Virus record (IMG/VR): IMGVR_UViG_3300045988_171858
Reading direction: 5' to 3' (one strand)
Length of the DNA stretch: 64,000 nucleotides
Source: a virus
The first letter of the stretch is position 1; each line of letters begins with the position of its first letter. The notes below the pieces were generated by a model. That model worked only from the letters and a program-made list of their open reading frames with translations, was not told where the DNA came from and did no database searches. Both the position numbers and the translations under genes were made by a program. Shown here piece by piece: positions 25,944-34,414 of the stretch.

Positions 25944-26892
25944 TTACAGCCTCCACACGTTCTTTCATAGCCTTGATGATGATGCCATCACGTCCACTAC
26001 GACCAAAGTCACTGGTAGTTGCTGCATCGAGGATAGACAGCATTTTACCTAAGGTATAGCCGGCGATATCACGAGCAGTGCCCAAGATTTTGATTACACC
26101 CCCATAGACGTACATAACCAAACCTTTGGCCAAGTCGAGTACAAATGAACCGCCGCGTTTGCAGCCAACCCAAATCTTGTGGCTCCAACCTTCTTTGTCT
26201 TCTTCATCAGTTGCATCAACCAGAGCAGACAGGAATGTACTGAATTCACCGGCCACTTCTTCATCAGCTTCTTTCAAAGCTTCATAGAACATATTGGCGG
26301 CTTCGTTAACCGCATCATTTTCGGCGGTCAATGTAGATACGCCAGTAGCATCGGACTTACGTTTATAGTGAGCCAGAGCAGTGATGTAGGTTGCAACATC
26401 TTCATACAGCTCGGGCGTTACTTCTTCGCCTTCAAAGTTCAAGATGTTGGTTTTAACATCTTCAACGGCCTCGATGAATTTCTTCCCTTCGAAGCTTGCT
26501 TTTGCTGCTGCAATTGTTGCGGGAGTTGTTTTGACAACAGATTTCAAGTTTTTCATGATTGGATTTCCTTTAGCTAAAGTTTCAGATTTGATTTCGGTTT
26601 TGGACAATTCTTCTGCCCGTTTAAATACGGATAGAGTAACAGGTCCAATTTGCTCCGGATTTTTGAGCTCGGTTCCAGAGATGGTGACCGTAACACCATT
26701 ATTCTCAACAAAGCCTTTTTGTGTGGCTTCACCCAATACAGAGAGCCATAGGACGGCTGTCTGTGTAATCTTTGCTTCTAACGGACCTTTATTAAACCCG
26801 TTAGCCTTTTGATATTGAAGCTCCAGTTTGTGAAGCTCACCCTGTAATTGAAGCAGGACCCTTTTTGCCTGCTTTTGGTTTTTGATTTCCAT
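25924..26892 (-). CDS. hypothetical coiled-coil/acidic protein (322 aa)
   Basis: Start moved to MEIKNQKQ (GGAG RBS). The track start ATG lies inside the CSE motif. Confidence 0.7.
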   Translation of the reverse strand: MEIKNQKQAKRVLLQLQGELHKLELQYQKANGFNKGPLEAKITQTAVLWLSVLGEATQKGFVENNGVTVTISGTELKNPEQIGPVTLSVFKRAEELSKTEIKSETLAKGNPIMKNLKSVVKTTPATIAAAKASFEGKKFIEAVEDVKTNILNFEGEEVTPELYEDVATYITALAHYKRKSDATGVSTLTAENDAVNEAANMFYEALKEADEEVAGEFSTFLSALVDATDEEDKEGWSHKIWVGCKRGGSFVLDLAKGLVMYVYGGVIKILGTARDIAGYTLGKMLSILDAATTSDFGRSGRDGIIIKAMKERVEAVNAASAA

Positions 26893-26921
26893 AACGGACT
26901 CCAACAAGGCAACGTGCCTTT

Positions 26922-26960
26922 CCATAAAAATACCGACACCGAATCAAATCGGCGCCGGCA
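26922..26960 (-). terminator. CSE copy
   Basis: Minus strand reads TGCCGGCGCCGA-TTTGAT-TCGGTGTCGGTA-TTTTTATGG. 12-bp stem with three G.U pairs. Confidence 0.85.
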
Positions 26961-26967
26961 TTCTTTT

Positions 26968-27264
26968 TTAAACCAGTTCAAAATAGGGGTCGTAAATAGT
27001 GCCCTTATGCTTATATTTACCGTCCTCTAATTCATAGACGGTAACATTTTGTCCTACTGGTAACGAGGTGTCACAAACGTAGATTTTAGTGAAGCCCAAA
27101 GAACGCAGACTTTCATCTGCATTCTTATCAGACGAATGCTCATACATGTCAATCCACTCTGCCTCGAGCTTACCGATATTGGATTTCAATACGACAGTTT
27201 TACCGTATGCCCAATGGCGGATTTGACGTAAAAAGCGGTTAATAGAAGGGGTTTTCTTAGCCAT
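26968..27264 (-). CDS. hypothetical protein (98 aa)
   Basis: ORF track. GGAGA RBS. Confidence 0.7.
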   Translation of the reverse strand: MAKKTPSINRFLRQIRHWAYGKTVVLKSNIGKLEAEWIDMYEHSSDKNADESLRSLGFTKIYVCDTSLPVGQNVTVYELEDGKYKHKGTIYDPYFELV

Positions 27265-27302
27265 GATATTATCTCCATAAGAGGCTGTTGTTAAGATATT
27301 TA

Positions 27303-27340
27303 CCGCAAAATAACCGACACCTTTTACGGGCGCCGGTTAT
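27303..27340 (-). terminator. CSE copy
   Basis: Minus strand reads AACCGGCGCC-CGTAAAA-GGTGTCGGTT-ATTTTGCGG. Confidence 0.85.
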
Positions 27341-27346
27341 TGTTAT

Positions 27347-27781
27347 TTAGCCATTGATACGAATTGACTCAACAGCCTCTTGAATGCTGTCAAAGTCAGG
27401 GCCTTTAGCTTCTTGTTCAGGTTCGGTATCGATAGCTTCCATCAAAACTTCACCATATTCCGCATTCACGGATTTCATCTTGAACGCAAACAATGCAATT
27501 GCCGGAGCAACAGTAATGAGCATATTAAATGCTGCATCAACGCCTTTGTTATAGACGTTGCACAATTTGCAGAACCAGTCACTGTTGACTTTAATATCAA
27601 CAGCAACACCATCTTCGATGTTTTCTTTTTCCCAATGGATGATGTCTTTCTTAATTTTGACGTCATTGGTTTTGCTGGCATTCAGCATTTTCCGAATCAC
27701 TTTGGAATATTCGGAGAACGAGCCCATGATAGTGGACATGGCATTGATTTCAGCAGGATTGAATTCGAAACGGATTTTCAT
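27347..27781 (-). CDS. hypothetical protein (144 aa)
   Basis: Start moved to MKIRFEFN (GGAGG RBS). Confidence 0.7.
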   Translation of the reverse strand: MKIRFEFNPAEINAMSTIMGSFSEYSKVIRKMLNASKTNDVKIKKDIIHWEKENIEDGVAVDIKVNSDWFCKLCNVYNKGVDAAFNMLITVAPAIALFAFKMKSVNAEYGEVLMEAIDTEPEQEAKGPDFDSIQEAVESIRING

Positions 27782-27831
27782 GATTAACCTCCAGTGGTCA
27801 TAAATATTAAAAGTTTGCGGCATTTGCCACT

Positions 27832-27859
27832 CCACAAAACAACCGACACAAAACCGTTG
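27832..27859 (-). repeat. CSE core copy (weak stem)
   Basis: Minus strand reads CAACGGTTTT-GTGTCGGTT-GTTTTGTGG. Confidence 0.6.
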
Positions 27860-28061
27860 ATATTAAGTAACCTATATTCAATACGGAGTTTGTGAAAGTC
27901 TTAGCGGATTTGTATGCGTGGATATACAGCTTTGAGCTTAGGTTATTTGTCCAGCGGGCGGAAAAAGAATGGCCGCAACAATATTATCACAAGACAATAG
28001 AGTGCGGCCCAAAGTTTATGGAGGTAAAAAGATGAAAACAACGTTGGGAGTCCTTACTTTC

Positions 28062-28107
28062 CCAAAAAGGGACCGACACCAAGAGCAACAAGGCTCAAGG
28101 TATCGGC
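28062..28107 (-). terminator. CSE copy (long loop)
   Basis: Minus strand reads GCCGATACC-(loop 19 nt)-GGTGTCGGT-CCCTTTTTGGG. Confidence 0.65.
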
Positions 28108-28130
28108 AAAACTTACAAAAGGGAAATATG

Positions 28131-28163
28131 TCATAAAAGAACCGACACAAATTGCGAGGCCCT
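28131..28163 (-). repeat. CSE core copy (weak stem)
   Basis: Minus strand reads ...GCAATTT-GTGTCGGTT-CTTTTATGAC. Confidence 0.6.
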
Positions 28164-28177
28164 TCGTATTGGAATGC

Positions 28178-28387
28178 CTACTTAACTTCAGCATCCCCAC
28201 GAACCAATTCTTCAGCAGGAACACCTTTATAAGGGTCAGCTTCCTTAACAATGACAGGCTTACAGGTGCTAGGTTTAGTCATGGCCTTACCAGCCATAAC
28301 AAGATTGAATCCTAACATAATAAACCAAGAGCCAACAAGAATAATGGCCAAAGAAACAATAATCCAATCGGGAATACGTTTAAACAT
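28178..28387 (-). CDS. small membrane protein (69 aa) with N-terminal R.PDW motif
   Basis: Start moved to MFKRIPDWIIVSLAIILVGSWF (GGAGG RBS). The track start ATG lies inside the CSE motif. Confidence 0.65.
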   Translation of the reverse strand: MFKRIPDWIIVSLAIILVGSWFIMLGFNLVMAGKAMTKPSTCKPVIVKEADPYKGVPAEELVRGDAEVK

Positions 28388-28413
28388 CTGAAACCTCCAG
28401 AAAAATAAAATTA

Positions 28414-28452
28414 TCATAAAATAACCGACATCCTTTTACAGATGCCGGTTAT
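28414..28452 (-). terminator. CSE copy
   Basis: Minus strand reads AACCGGCATC-TGTAAAAG-GATGTCGGTT-ATTTTATGA. Confidence 0.85.
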
Positions 28453-28456
28453 TATT

Positions 28457-28804
28457 CTATTTAAGAGACTCCAAGACTTGCCAATGGGCCTGTACATACA
28501 GATCTTTGACATAGCTCTCTACAAGGCGATTAAAACTTTGTTCTGGGGTAATATCAGGATGCCCAGCTAAGACTTGTTCATCATCGCGTTCCTCTTGCAA
28601 TTCGTACATATCGTGGGCAATATCCCCATCACTGAACTCTGCTGCAAGATAGGACTTATAGTCGTCAACAGAGCGATAGTCTTCATCTTTCAGCTCTTTC
28701 AAGAACTCTTCTTTTGCTGCCTCTTCAGCAGCCGCTTCAAATTCCTTGCGCTCGGCAAGGTTATACCATACTTGCGACAAGTTTTTAGTTGGAACGTATT
28801 TCAT
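28457..28804 (-). CDS. hypothetical acidic protein (115 aa)
   Basis: Start moved to MKYVPTKN (GGAGG RBS). Confidence 0.7.
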   Translation of the reverse strand: MKYVPTKNLSQVWYNLAERKEFEAAAEEAAKEEFLKELKDEDYRSVDDYKSYLAAEFSDGDIAHDMYELQEERDDEQVLAGHPDITPEQSFNRLVESYVKDLYVQAHWQVLESLK

Positions 28805-28858
28805 TTTAGCCTCCATAGCTATTTAAAAATTATAATTGAGAAGAACAATTCTTCTCTT

Positions 28859-28894
28859 CCATAAAAGAACCGACACTTAAACTTTGGCCGGCTC
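28859..28894 (-). terminator. CSE copy
   Basis: Minus strand reads GAGCCGGC-CAAAGTTTAAGT-GTCGGTTC-TTTTATGG. Confidence 0.8.
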
Positions 28895-28904
28895 TTGTAT
28901 TGAT

Positions 28905-28991
28905 TTACTTAAACAGAAGTCCAATAATAAGACCTCCAAGAATTCCTGCAATCATAGAGATTACAGCCCAATCGGGAACGGAGCTTCTCAT
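28905..28991 (-). CDS. possible 28-aa membrane peptide with R..PDW motif
   Basis: My own translation gives MRSSVPDWAVISMIAGILGGLIIGLLFK. GGAGGA RBS 4 nt upstream. Resembles the N-terminus of the 28178..28387 product. Confidence 0.45.
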   Translation of the reverse strand: MRSSVPDWAVISMIAGILGGLIIGLLFK

Positions 28992-29021
28992 AAATCCTCC
29001 AGGATAAAAGATTAAATGCTT

Positions 29022-29058
29022 CCCATAAAAAGACCGACACCAAAATCTGGGCCGGTCC
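29022..29058 (-). terminator. CSE copy
   Basis: Minus strand reads GGACCGGCC-CAGATTTTG-GTGTCGGTC-TTTTTATGGG. Confidence 0.8.
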
Positions 29059-29066
29059 TGTACCTT

Positions 29067-29270
29067 TTAGATGAAAGCGAACTCTTCGATATGGTCAAAT
29101 TCCAAATGACCATCCTCGAATACATTAAACACTACAAGTTCATCATCATTAACGTGGTCAACAATAACCTCGCCATAGTGCTTCCAGACAGAGATAGAGC
29201 CAATTTTATTCATATCGGCCCTTAAACTCTCTATGGAATCGTAGCGTTTTTTGAATTCAAAACTAACCAC
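29067..29270 (-). CDS. hypothetical protein (67 aa; GTG start, uncertain)
   Basis: ORF track. Start is a GTG 2 nt after the upstream stop. Confidence 0.5.
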   Translation of the reverse strand: MVSFEFKKRYDSIESLRADMNKIGSISVWKHYGEVIVDHVNDDELVVFNVFEDGHLEFDHIEEFAFI

Positions 29271-29272
29271 GA

Positions 29273-29449
29273 CTAGTCATCCAGTCCTTTGACTTCAATG
29301 TCAACAACATCCATATCTTCCATGCATGCAACGGTTTCTGCATACTCGTATACATAGTCGACATCCATGGGTTTAACATAAGACACGAGACGGTCCTTAT
29401 GGCTACCGTCTTCGAAAGTGTATCGAATCAAGAAATCTGTGTATTTCAT
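29273..29449 (-). CDS. hypothetical acidic protein (58 aa)
   Basis: Start moved to MKYTDFLI (GGAGG RBS). Confidence 0.6.
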   Translation of the reverse strand: MKYTDFLIRYTFEDGSHKDRLVSYVKPMDVDYVYEYAETVACMEDMDVVDIEVKGLDD

Positions 29450-29478
29450 TTTGAAACCTCCATTGAAAGAATTATTAT

Positions 29479-29511
29479 CAGTAAAAGACCGACACATTCC
29501 TGCACCGGTCC
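29479..29511 (-). terminator. CSE copy
   Basis: Minus strand reads GACCGGTGC-AGGAAT-GTGTCGGTC-TTTTACTG. Confidence 0.8.
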
Positions 29512-29520
29512 AAAATTCTG

Positions 29521-29817
29521 TCAGAACGGGTGATCTTCACTCGCGTTCTCTTTGTGGAACTTCTCTGCATATTTAGAAGCCCACTTATTAGAATTCATGC
29601 AACCTTTACCTGGGGTTGCAAACTCATGAACGGCGGAGCAGTAAACTGCCATACCATCCTGAGTCGGAATCCTACGGAACCAGCCGGGGATGTCCTTTTC
29701 AGACATCTCAACGCCAACTGGCATAATGAAACTTACGCCACGATACGCAGCGCTGTTAACATCACCGGCACAAAGTTGTGCAAACGGTGAATCTGGGGTA
29801 ATGACGAATTGTCGCAT
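29521..29817 (-). CDS. hypothetical protein (98 aa) ending ...SEDHPF
   Basis: ORF track. GGAGGG RBS. Confidence 0.7.
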   Translation of the reverse strand: MRQFVITPDSPFAQLCAGDVNSAAYRGVSFIMPVGVEMSEKDIPGWFRRIPTQDGMAVYCSAVHEFATPGKGCMNSNKWASKYAEKFHKENASEDHPF

Positions 29818-29843
29818 ACCCTACCCTCCGAGAAAGAAAAGAA

Positions 29844-29870
29844 AACGGTAGGACGAATCCTACCACCGTT
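29844..29870 (-). terminator. intrinsic terminator directly upstream of 29817
   Basis: Minus strand reads AACGGTGGTAGGA-TTCG-TCCTACCGTT followed by TTCTTTTCTTTC. Confidence 0.7.
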
Positions 29871-29895
29871 GAAAGACCGACACCAGAACCGCTCC
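29866..29895 (-). repeat. CSE copy
   Basis: Minus strand reads GGAGCGGTTCTG-GTGTCGGTC-TTTCAACGG. Confidence 0.65.
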
Positions 29896-29974
29896 ACGTG
29901 AATACAGCCCCATATCGCTACGGAGCCGTATCCAGCGAGCAGTAACCTTTACCAGTTTTTATTTAGGTACGGAG

Positions 29975-32900
29975 TTACAGCATATCAATGGCTGCATCCA
30001 TATCAACTTCGTGGTAAGACTCGGTCTCAACAGCCTCACCATTAGCCAAAGCTTCTGCCTCAGCAGATTTAACCTCGGCAATAGTTTGGATTTGTGCAAT
30101 CACTTCGCGGCTCAGAGATTTTAAGATGAAGCTGAAAGGCGATTTGCCATTAACGTCCAGTAGGTTATTAACAGCTTTAACATCATCAAGGCCAAAGAAG
30201 AAGGACGTATTGTAAACCTCGGTCACATCTTTGGTGTAAACGGTAAAGTGCACGTTTTTCCAAGTGGCGGTGTGAGCCATACGGACTGCATTGGCTTTAT
30301 TCCAACGATAACCTTCTTGGCCACGGCTACGTTTGTCTTCCTCAAACAGTTCGACGAACAGCTTAGCGATCTCATAAGCCTTGGCATCGTCTTCGATAGA
30401 CATCAATTCGAATGCTTTTTCAAAAGCCTCGGTCATGCAATCAAGGTCAGTCTCCTTGTTGCGCAGGTTTAAATATTCGCAGAAACGAACCATACCATTG
30501 CTATGTTTCATATTCTCTACGACTTCTTTTTGCAGCAAGATGCCCATAGCATCAATAGCCAGGTTGGCCAACTCACTATAACCAGCTTTATTGCGGATCA
30601 AATGTGTCAGAGTAATCAGATTATTAGTCTCGCTACCAACACCAGTTTTTGCGGCGACAATTTCCTCCACTGCCGGTTGTACGTCCTCTTTGCCCCATAC
30701 CATAACAGATTTCTCACCAATCTCCTTGGTATTCAAAGAACCCAGCTCGTCTTCTACGTATGAGAGCTGTTGTTTGGCACTATTACATGCCAACAACTTA
30801 GACTCGCTCCATTGTTCTTGGCCTTCATAGCCTTTGGCCCAGAACAAAGTCAAACGGTCGCCGTCGGCGTCGTCCCTATTGGCCATATGAGACAGTGCGT
30901 CTACAAACACAACGCTCTCGCAGATGAAACGATTCAGCTCTAACTCAGCTTCTGACTCAAACGCCATCAGAGTTTTAACTTCCGCATTGTATAAACGGAA
31001 GTTATTTTCCATCAAAATTGGGAATTTGATGGCTCCGACTTCACCCTTCTTGGCGGCCTCTTTGTAGCTACGGTCCGCAGTTATCACTTTAAATCCAGAT
31101 TCAAAATGGTAGCTAACCGGCAAAGAACGACCTTTAGGCAAAGAGAATTTCAAACCTTTGTAAGCACCGAAAGTTTCCTCGATAGCCAGCAGGTGCTTAG
31201 CATGGGTTTTAACCAAGCCTACAGCTTCCCAAGTTTTAGTACCTCTGGTTTTAGCCATGAGTACAATAGAAGCGAGAGACTTGAAGAAGTCGCCACCAGT
31301 GTATTGTAGCCCGGATACATGGTAACCAGTGATTGTCTCTGGTTTATCCCAGAAGTTAGAGCCAGGGAATACAAAGCTGTGGTCTCCAGCTACAACTTCG
31401 AAACCGCGAGGCATATTTAACAGGCCGGGGAATTTACCTTTGCCATTAAACAGGTTAGTAAGGAATGTCTTCATAACAGACTCAGCGGTCTCATCACCAA
31501 CCAGAGACACGCGTTTAACTTGCTCAACAGACAAAGATCCATTACCTGCAAACATAACGGCGAACTTATCCGCCCACCAGGTACGAGTCATGGCCAAGAA
31601 TTCATTTGCAGTAACAGTCCAATCCACAGATTTAGCAGCAGCAACCGCTTTGGCAGTGCGTTTACCAGTGCGGCCTGCAATGAAAGTTTTGAACAAAGTC
31701 TCACCATATTGACGGATCATTTGGTCCGCCAAAAGAACACCACCTTCTGCAGAGTGAGACACTGCTTCAACAGTGCCAGCACGTTTCATCTCTAAAAGAC
31801 GAACTACAGGCGAATATGTTGTATCGCCAGCTTTCAACTCTGAAAGAAGCTCGTTCATCAAAGTCATTTCAGGCGCCTCAATTTCTACACCCTCGATTTT
31901 GTCATTGACGCTAATTTCCGCGCCAACTCGTTTGTGTCCTTGCAACGTATAGAAGTCAGAGACATAAATCTCCTCTTCAATCAGGGCAAACGTATAAGTG
32001 AGGCCATCGATATTTACAGACTTGCTATTAAGGGTAATCGCCGTATTGGCAGTTGCACGAAAATCAGCGTCCTCCAACAAACGCAACATAAATTGGCTTA
32101 AATCGCCACCCATAATTGCATGTGCTACACCTACCATCTTAGATTTAAGCATAGGAGACACAATATCAACGCCCAGATAGTCGATCAATGCGTCAACATT
32201 GGCAACGTTTGTTACCACACCTTTCAAGTGGTGGAAGCTAACCACGCGCATTTTGCCGTACTGCTGGATTAAGGTTTTACGGGCATAGCATGCACCACCA
32301 CCCAGATTCATTGCCAAGGGGTGGGCTTTAGCTTGTTCCAGGGTCTTAACTTTGTTGCCTTCTTCGTCCGTTACAGACAACAGCACCGCAACCTTACGTA
32401 CGCCAATAGATACCTTAGTGTCCAGATCGGGATTCAGGATGCCCCTAGCAATAGCCTTTTTAACATCATAAACGCTGATGTATTTACCAGTCAGCTCAGG
32501 ATGATTAACCGCTACCATATTATTACCAGCTTTGCGGCTAATGAACATAGCCTCTCCAACAGGCATTCCAAGTTTCCAACTGGTATCAGGAGACGTATTA
32601 AGCAGGTCGCCCTGTTTGACCACTACACCTTTAGGTGCAGGTTTATCGGCTTTAACAACTACGACACCTCCTGATTTACGCTTCAGGGCGTCTACCAATT
32701 TTACACCTTCAGTATTGATTCCGACCATCCAGTCGAGCAGAACTTCGATAGATTCTGTGACTGACGCAATCCCATTCTTGTAAGACACAAAACCGTGACG
32801 GACAACAGTTTCGCGGCCCAATGGAGAATTGATCAAAGAAGTTGCAATAGTCCCACGTTGTGCAACAACGCGAACAGAGCCCTTTTTAGGACGGCGGATG

Positions 32901-33382
32901 TTAATATCCACTTTACCCACGATAGGCAGGCTTTCACCGGCTTTGATAGTGCAGATTTCACGAGCCCAGCTTTTGATAGTATCCAGCTCCTCTTGTGTTG
33001 GCTCTTTGCCGGCTTTAACTTGCTCAATGCGCTGCACGTGGCAAGGCACACCTTCTACTTCAAAACTGTAAGCCATTTCTTCCTCCTTGGCTGTATTTAA
33101 AACAAGGGCCTCTACTTCTGCATTAGCCCAAGATAATGCTTCTTTTCTAGAGCCCACCTCTTTAACAGAAATGACAGTCCCGTCTTTGACAACCGCTATT
33201 AATTCAGGACGCATAGCAGCGGCTTTGCTATTACTCAGAGCAACAACCTCAACACCAGCTACGGCACGAATGCCGGCTTTGATGTGAGCTTTATGCTCGT
33301 ATTGTTCTACAGCAGCTTCGTAAGCTTTAGCAGCAGCAGCATTAACAGAAGAAACAAAGGTTTTGAAAGTAATAGTTGACAT
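29975..33382 (-). CDS. single-subunit two-barrel RNA polymerase-like protein, YonO/crAss type, copy 2 (1135 aa)
   Basis: Start moved to MSTITFKT (AAAGGAAA RBS). Beta-type DPBB motif GKMRVVSFHHLKGVVTN (nt 32213-32233). Beta-prime-type AIKFPILMENNFRLYNAEV. Metal motif ANRDDADGDRLTLFW (DADGD at nt 30857-30871). The motif order matches 11733..14558, but the two sequences are otherwise highly diverged. Confidence 0.75.
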   Translation of the reverse strand: MSTITFKTFVSSVNAAAAKAYEAAVEQYEHKAHIKAGIRAVAGVEVVALSNSKAAAMRPELIAVVKDGTVISVKEVGSRKEALSWANAEVEALVLNTAKEEEMAYSFEVEGVPCHVQRIEQVKAGKEPTQEELDTIKSWAREICTIKAGESLPIVGKVDINIRRPKKGSVRVVAQRGTIATSLINSPLGRETVVRHGFVSYKNGIASVTESIEVLLDWMVGINTEGVKLVDALKRKSGGVVVVKADKPAPKGVVVKQGDLLNTSPDTSWKLGMPVGEAMFISRKAGNNMVAVNHPELTGKYISVYDVKKAIARGILNPDLDTKVSIGVRKVAVLLSVTDEEGNKVKTLEQAKAHPLAMNLGGGACYARKTLIQQYGKMRVVSFHHLKGVVTNVANVDALIDYLGVDIVSPMLKSKMVGVAHAIMGGDLSQFMLRLLEDADFRATANTAITLNSKSVNIDGLTYTFALIEEEIYVSDFYTLQGHKRVGAEISVNDKIEGVEIEAPEMTLMNELLSELKAGDTTYSPVVRLLEMKRAGTVEAVSHSAEGGVLLADQMIRQYGETLFKTFIAGRTGKRTAKAVAAAKSVDWTVTANEFLAMTRTWWADKFAVMFAGNGSLSVEQVKRVSLVGDETAESVMKTFLTNLFNGKGKFPGLLNMPRGFEVVAGDHSFVFPGSNFWDKPETITGYHVSGLQYTGGDFFKSLASIVLMAKTRGTKTWEAVGLVKTHAKHLLAIEETFGAYKGLKFSLPKGRSLPVSYHFESGFKVITADRSYKEAAKKGEVGAIKFPILMENNFRLYNAEVKTLMAFESEAELELNRFICESVVFVDALSHMANRDDADGDRLTLFWAKGYEGQEQWSESKLLACNSAKQQLSYVEDELGSLNTKEIGEKSVMVWGKEDVQPAVEEIVAAKTGVGSETNNLITLTHLIRNKAGYSELANLAIDAMGILLQKEVVENMKHSNGMVRFCEYLNLRNKETDLDCMTEAFEKAFELMSIEDDAKAYEIAKLFVELFEEDKRSRGQEGYRWNKANAVRMAHTATWKNVHFTVYTKDVTEVYNTSFFFGLDDVKAVNNLLDVNGKSPFSFILKSLSREVIAQIQTIAEVKSAEAEALANGEAVETESYHEVDMDAAIDML

Positions 33383-33513
33383 AATAATTTCCTTTTTGTA
33401 AGTAAAATAAAAAATAAAAGATAAACTGTTTCGGATGTTTTCATCCATCATCAGCAGAGACACACATCTCTGGACAGTAAGCAGTTTATAGTCATGCTTA
33501 GGACATTAAGACA

Positions 33514-33669
33514 TTACTCTGGAGTGTATCCAGTTAATTCAGAGCACTCTTGAAGAGTATGATGGCTAGTTACCTTACAGTGCTGATAATCGCTTCTACG
33601 CATTGCATTACCAGCAGCGTTGAACAATACAACAGTAACGATGGCAATCAGGATGTAACGGATTTTCAT
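33514..33669 (-). CDS. possible small secreted/membrane protein (51 aa, 2 Cys)
   Basis: My own translation gives MKIRYILIAIVTVVLFNAAGNAMRRSDYQHCKVTSHHTLQECSELTGYTPE. AAAGG RBS. Below the track cut-off. Confidence 0.5.
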   Translation of the reverse strand: MKIRYILIAIVTVVLFNAAGNAMRRSDYQHCKVTSHHTLQECSELTGYTPE

Positions 33670-33690
33670 GATAATACCTTTCTTAGGTTA

Positions 33691-33725
33691 GGTTAAATAA
33701 AATAATGAGACAGAATTATCTCATT
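33691..33725 (-). terminator. intrinsic terminator
   Basis: Minus strand reads AATGAGA-TAATTCTG-TCTCATT followed by ATTTTATTT. Confidence 0.6.
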
Positions 33726-33757
33726 TATAATAACACTCTGTATTGAATGCCATTATA

Positions 33758-33805
33758 GATAAGATAAAAAGAGGATGTGTAAGACTGGAGTTTCCTACAC
33801 ATCCT
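33758..33805 (-). terminator. intrinsic terminator
   Basis: 10-bp stem AGGATGTGTA/TACACATCCT, followed on the minus strand by CTTTTTATC. Confidence 0.7.
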
Positions 33806-33835
33806 AAAGTTATTCACAACAATAAGAGAGTAAAC

Positions 33836-34000
33836 TTAGAGGTCACACTCTCCTTTTTTGCTTTTGCAGTATTTGTCAACAGAGGTCATGTTGACCTTAT
33901 CAGTGACCTTTTCTGCTGCACCTTTAGCTCCAGAGAACATGAATGAATAGAAGCTAAAAGCAAAGAATGCTACAACAGCGGCGATGATGAATTTTTTCAT
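33836..34000 (-). CDS. possible small secreted/membrane protein (54 aa, 2 Cys)
   Basis: My own translation gives MKKFIIAAVVAFFAFSFYSFMFSGAKGAAEKVTDKVNMTSVDKYCKSKKGECDL. AAAGGA RBS. Below the track cut-off. Confidence 0.5.
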   Translation of the reverse strand: MKKFIIAAVVAFFAFSFYSFMFSGAKGAAEKVTDKVNMTSVDKYCKSKKGECDL

Positions 34001-34123
34001 GGTAAGTCCTTTCGTGACTAATAAAGGTTAAAAAGAATTTATAAATGAAAGCTATCCAGTTCACCCCAGGGGGCAAATTCCGGATATATCCCCATGGACA
34101 GGGATATCATTAATAGACACCAG

Positions 34124-34340
34124 GTCCTCACACGCATTACATCAACAACTCCAACAACATATCCTGCCTGTTCTGGTGTTGAATGTCCTCACACACATTT
34201 TCATTCGATTCACTGAAACACCTTCATTTCATGAACTTTTCGGAAATACCGTCCTCACACGCATTACATTCACCTTTTCAAAAATACATCCATTTCATAA
34301 AACATTTTGCCCAAATATCCTCACACATATCACTCACACA
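34124..34340. repeat. four degenerate tandem repeats (61-66-nt period) with core (G/A)TCCTCACAC(G/A)CAT
   Basis: Cores start at 34124, 34185, 34251 and 34317. Copies 1 and 3 are identical over 19 nt (GTCCTCACACGCATTACAT). Confidence 0.85.
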
Positions 34341-34414
34341 CCTCACACACCTCAAGTTTCACGCCATACCATTAGCCCATTCTCACTTCACTTCCAACCA
34401 ACCCCCAATCAGTC

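Noticed and set aside
26893-26925. N-terminal extensions of several track ORFs, with starts at 26925, 28417, 25552, 14627, 33463 and 27835.
   Set aside because: The extra ATG or alternative start lies inside or upstream of the conserved ...TTTTATGG element or a terminator. Downstream ATGs with GGAGG-type RBSs fit better.
28033-28137. 34-aa plus-strand ORF with a GGAGG RBS (MKTTLGVLTFPKRDRHQEQQ...).
   Set aside because: It is the only plus-strand candidate in a 34-kb minus-strand block, it runs across a CSE copy, and it has a hydrophilic low-information sequence. It is probably fortuitous.
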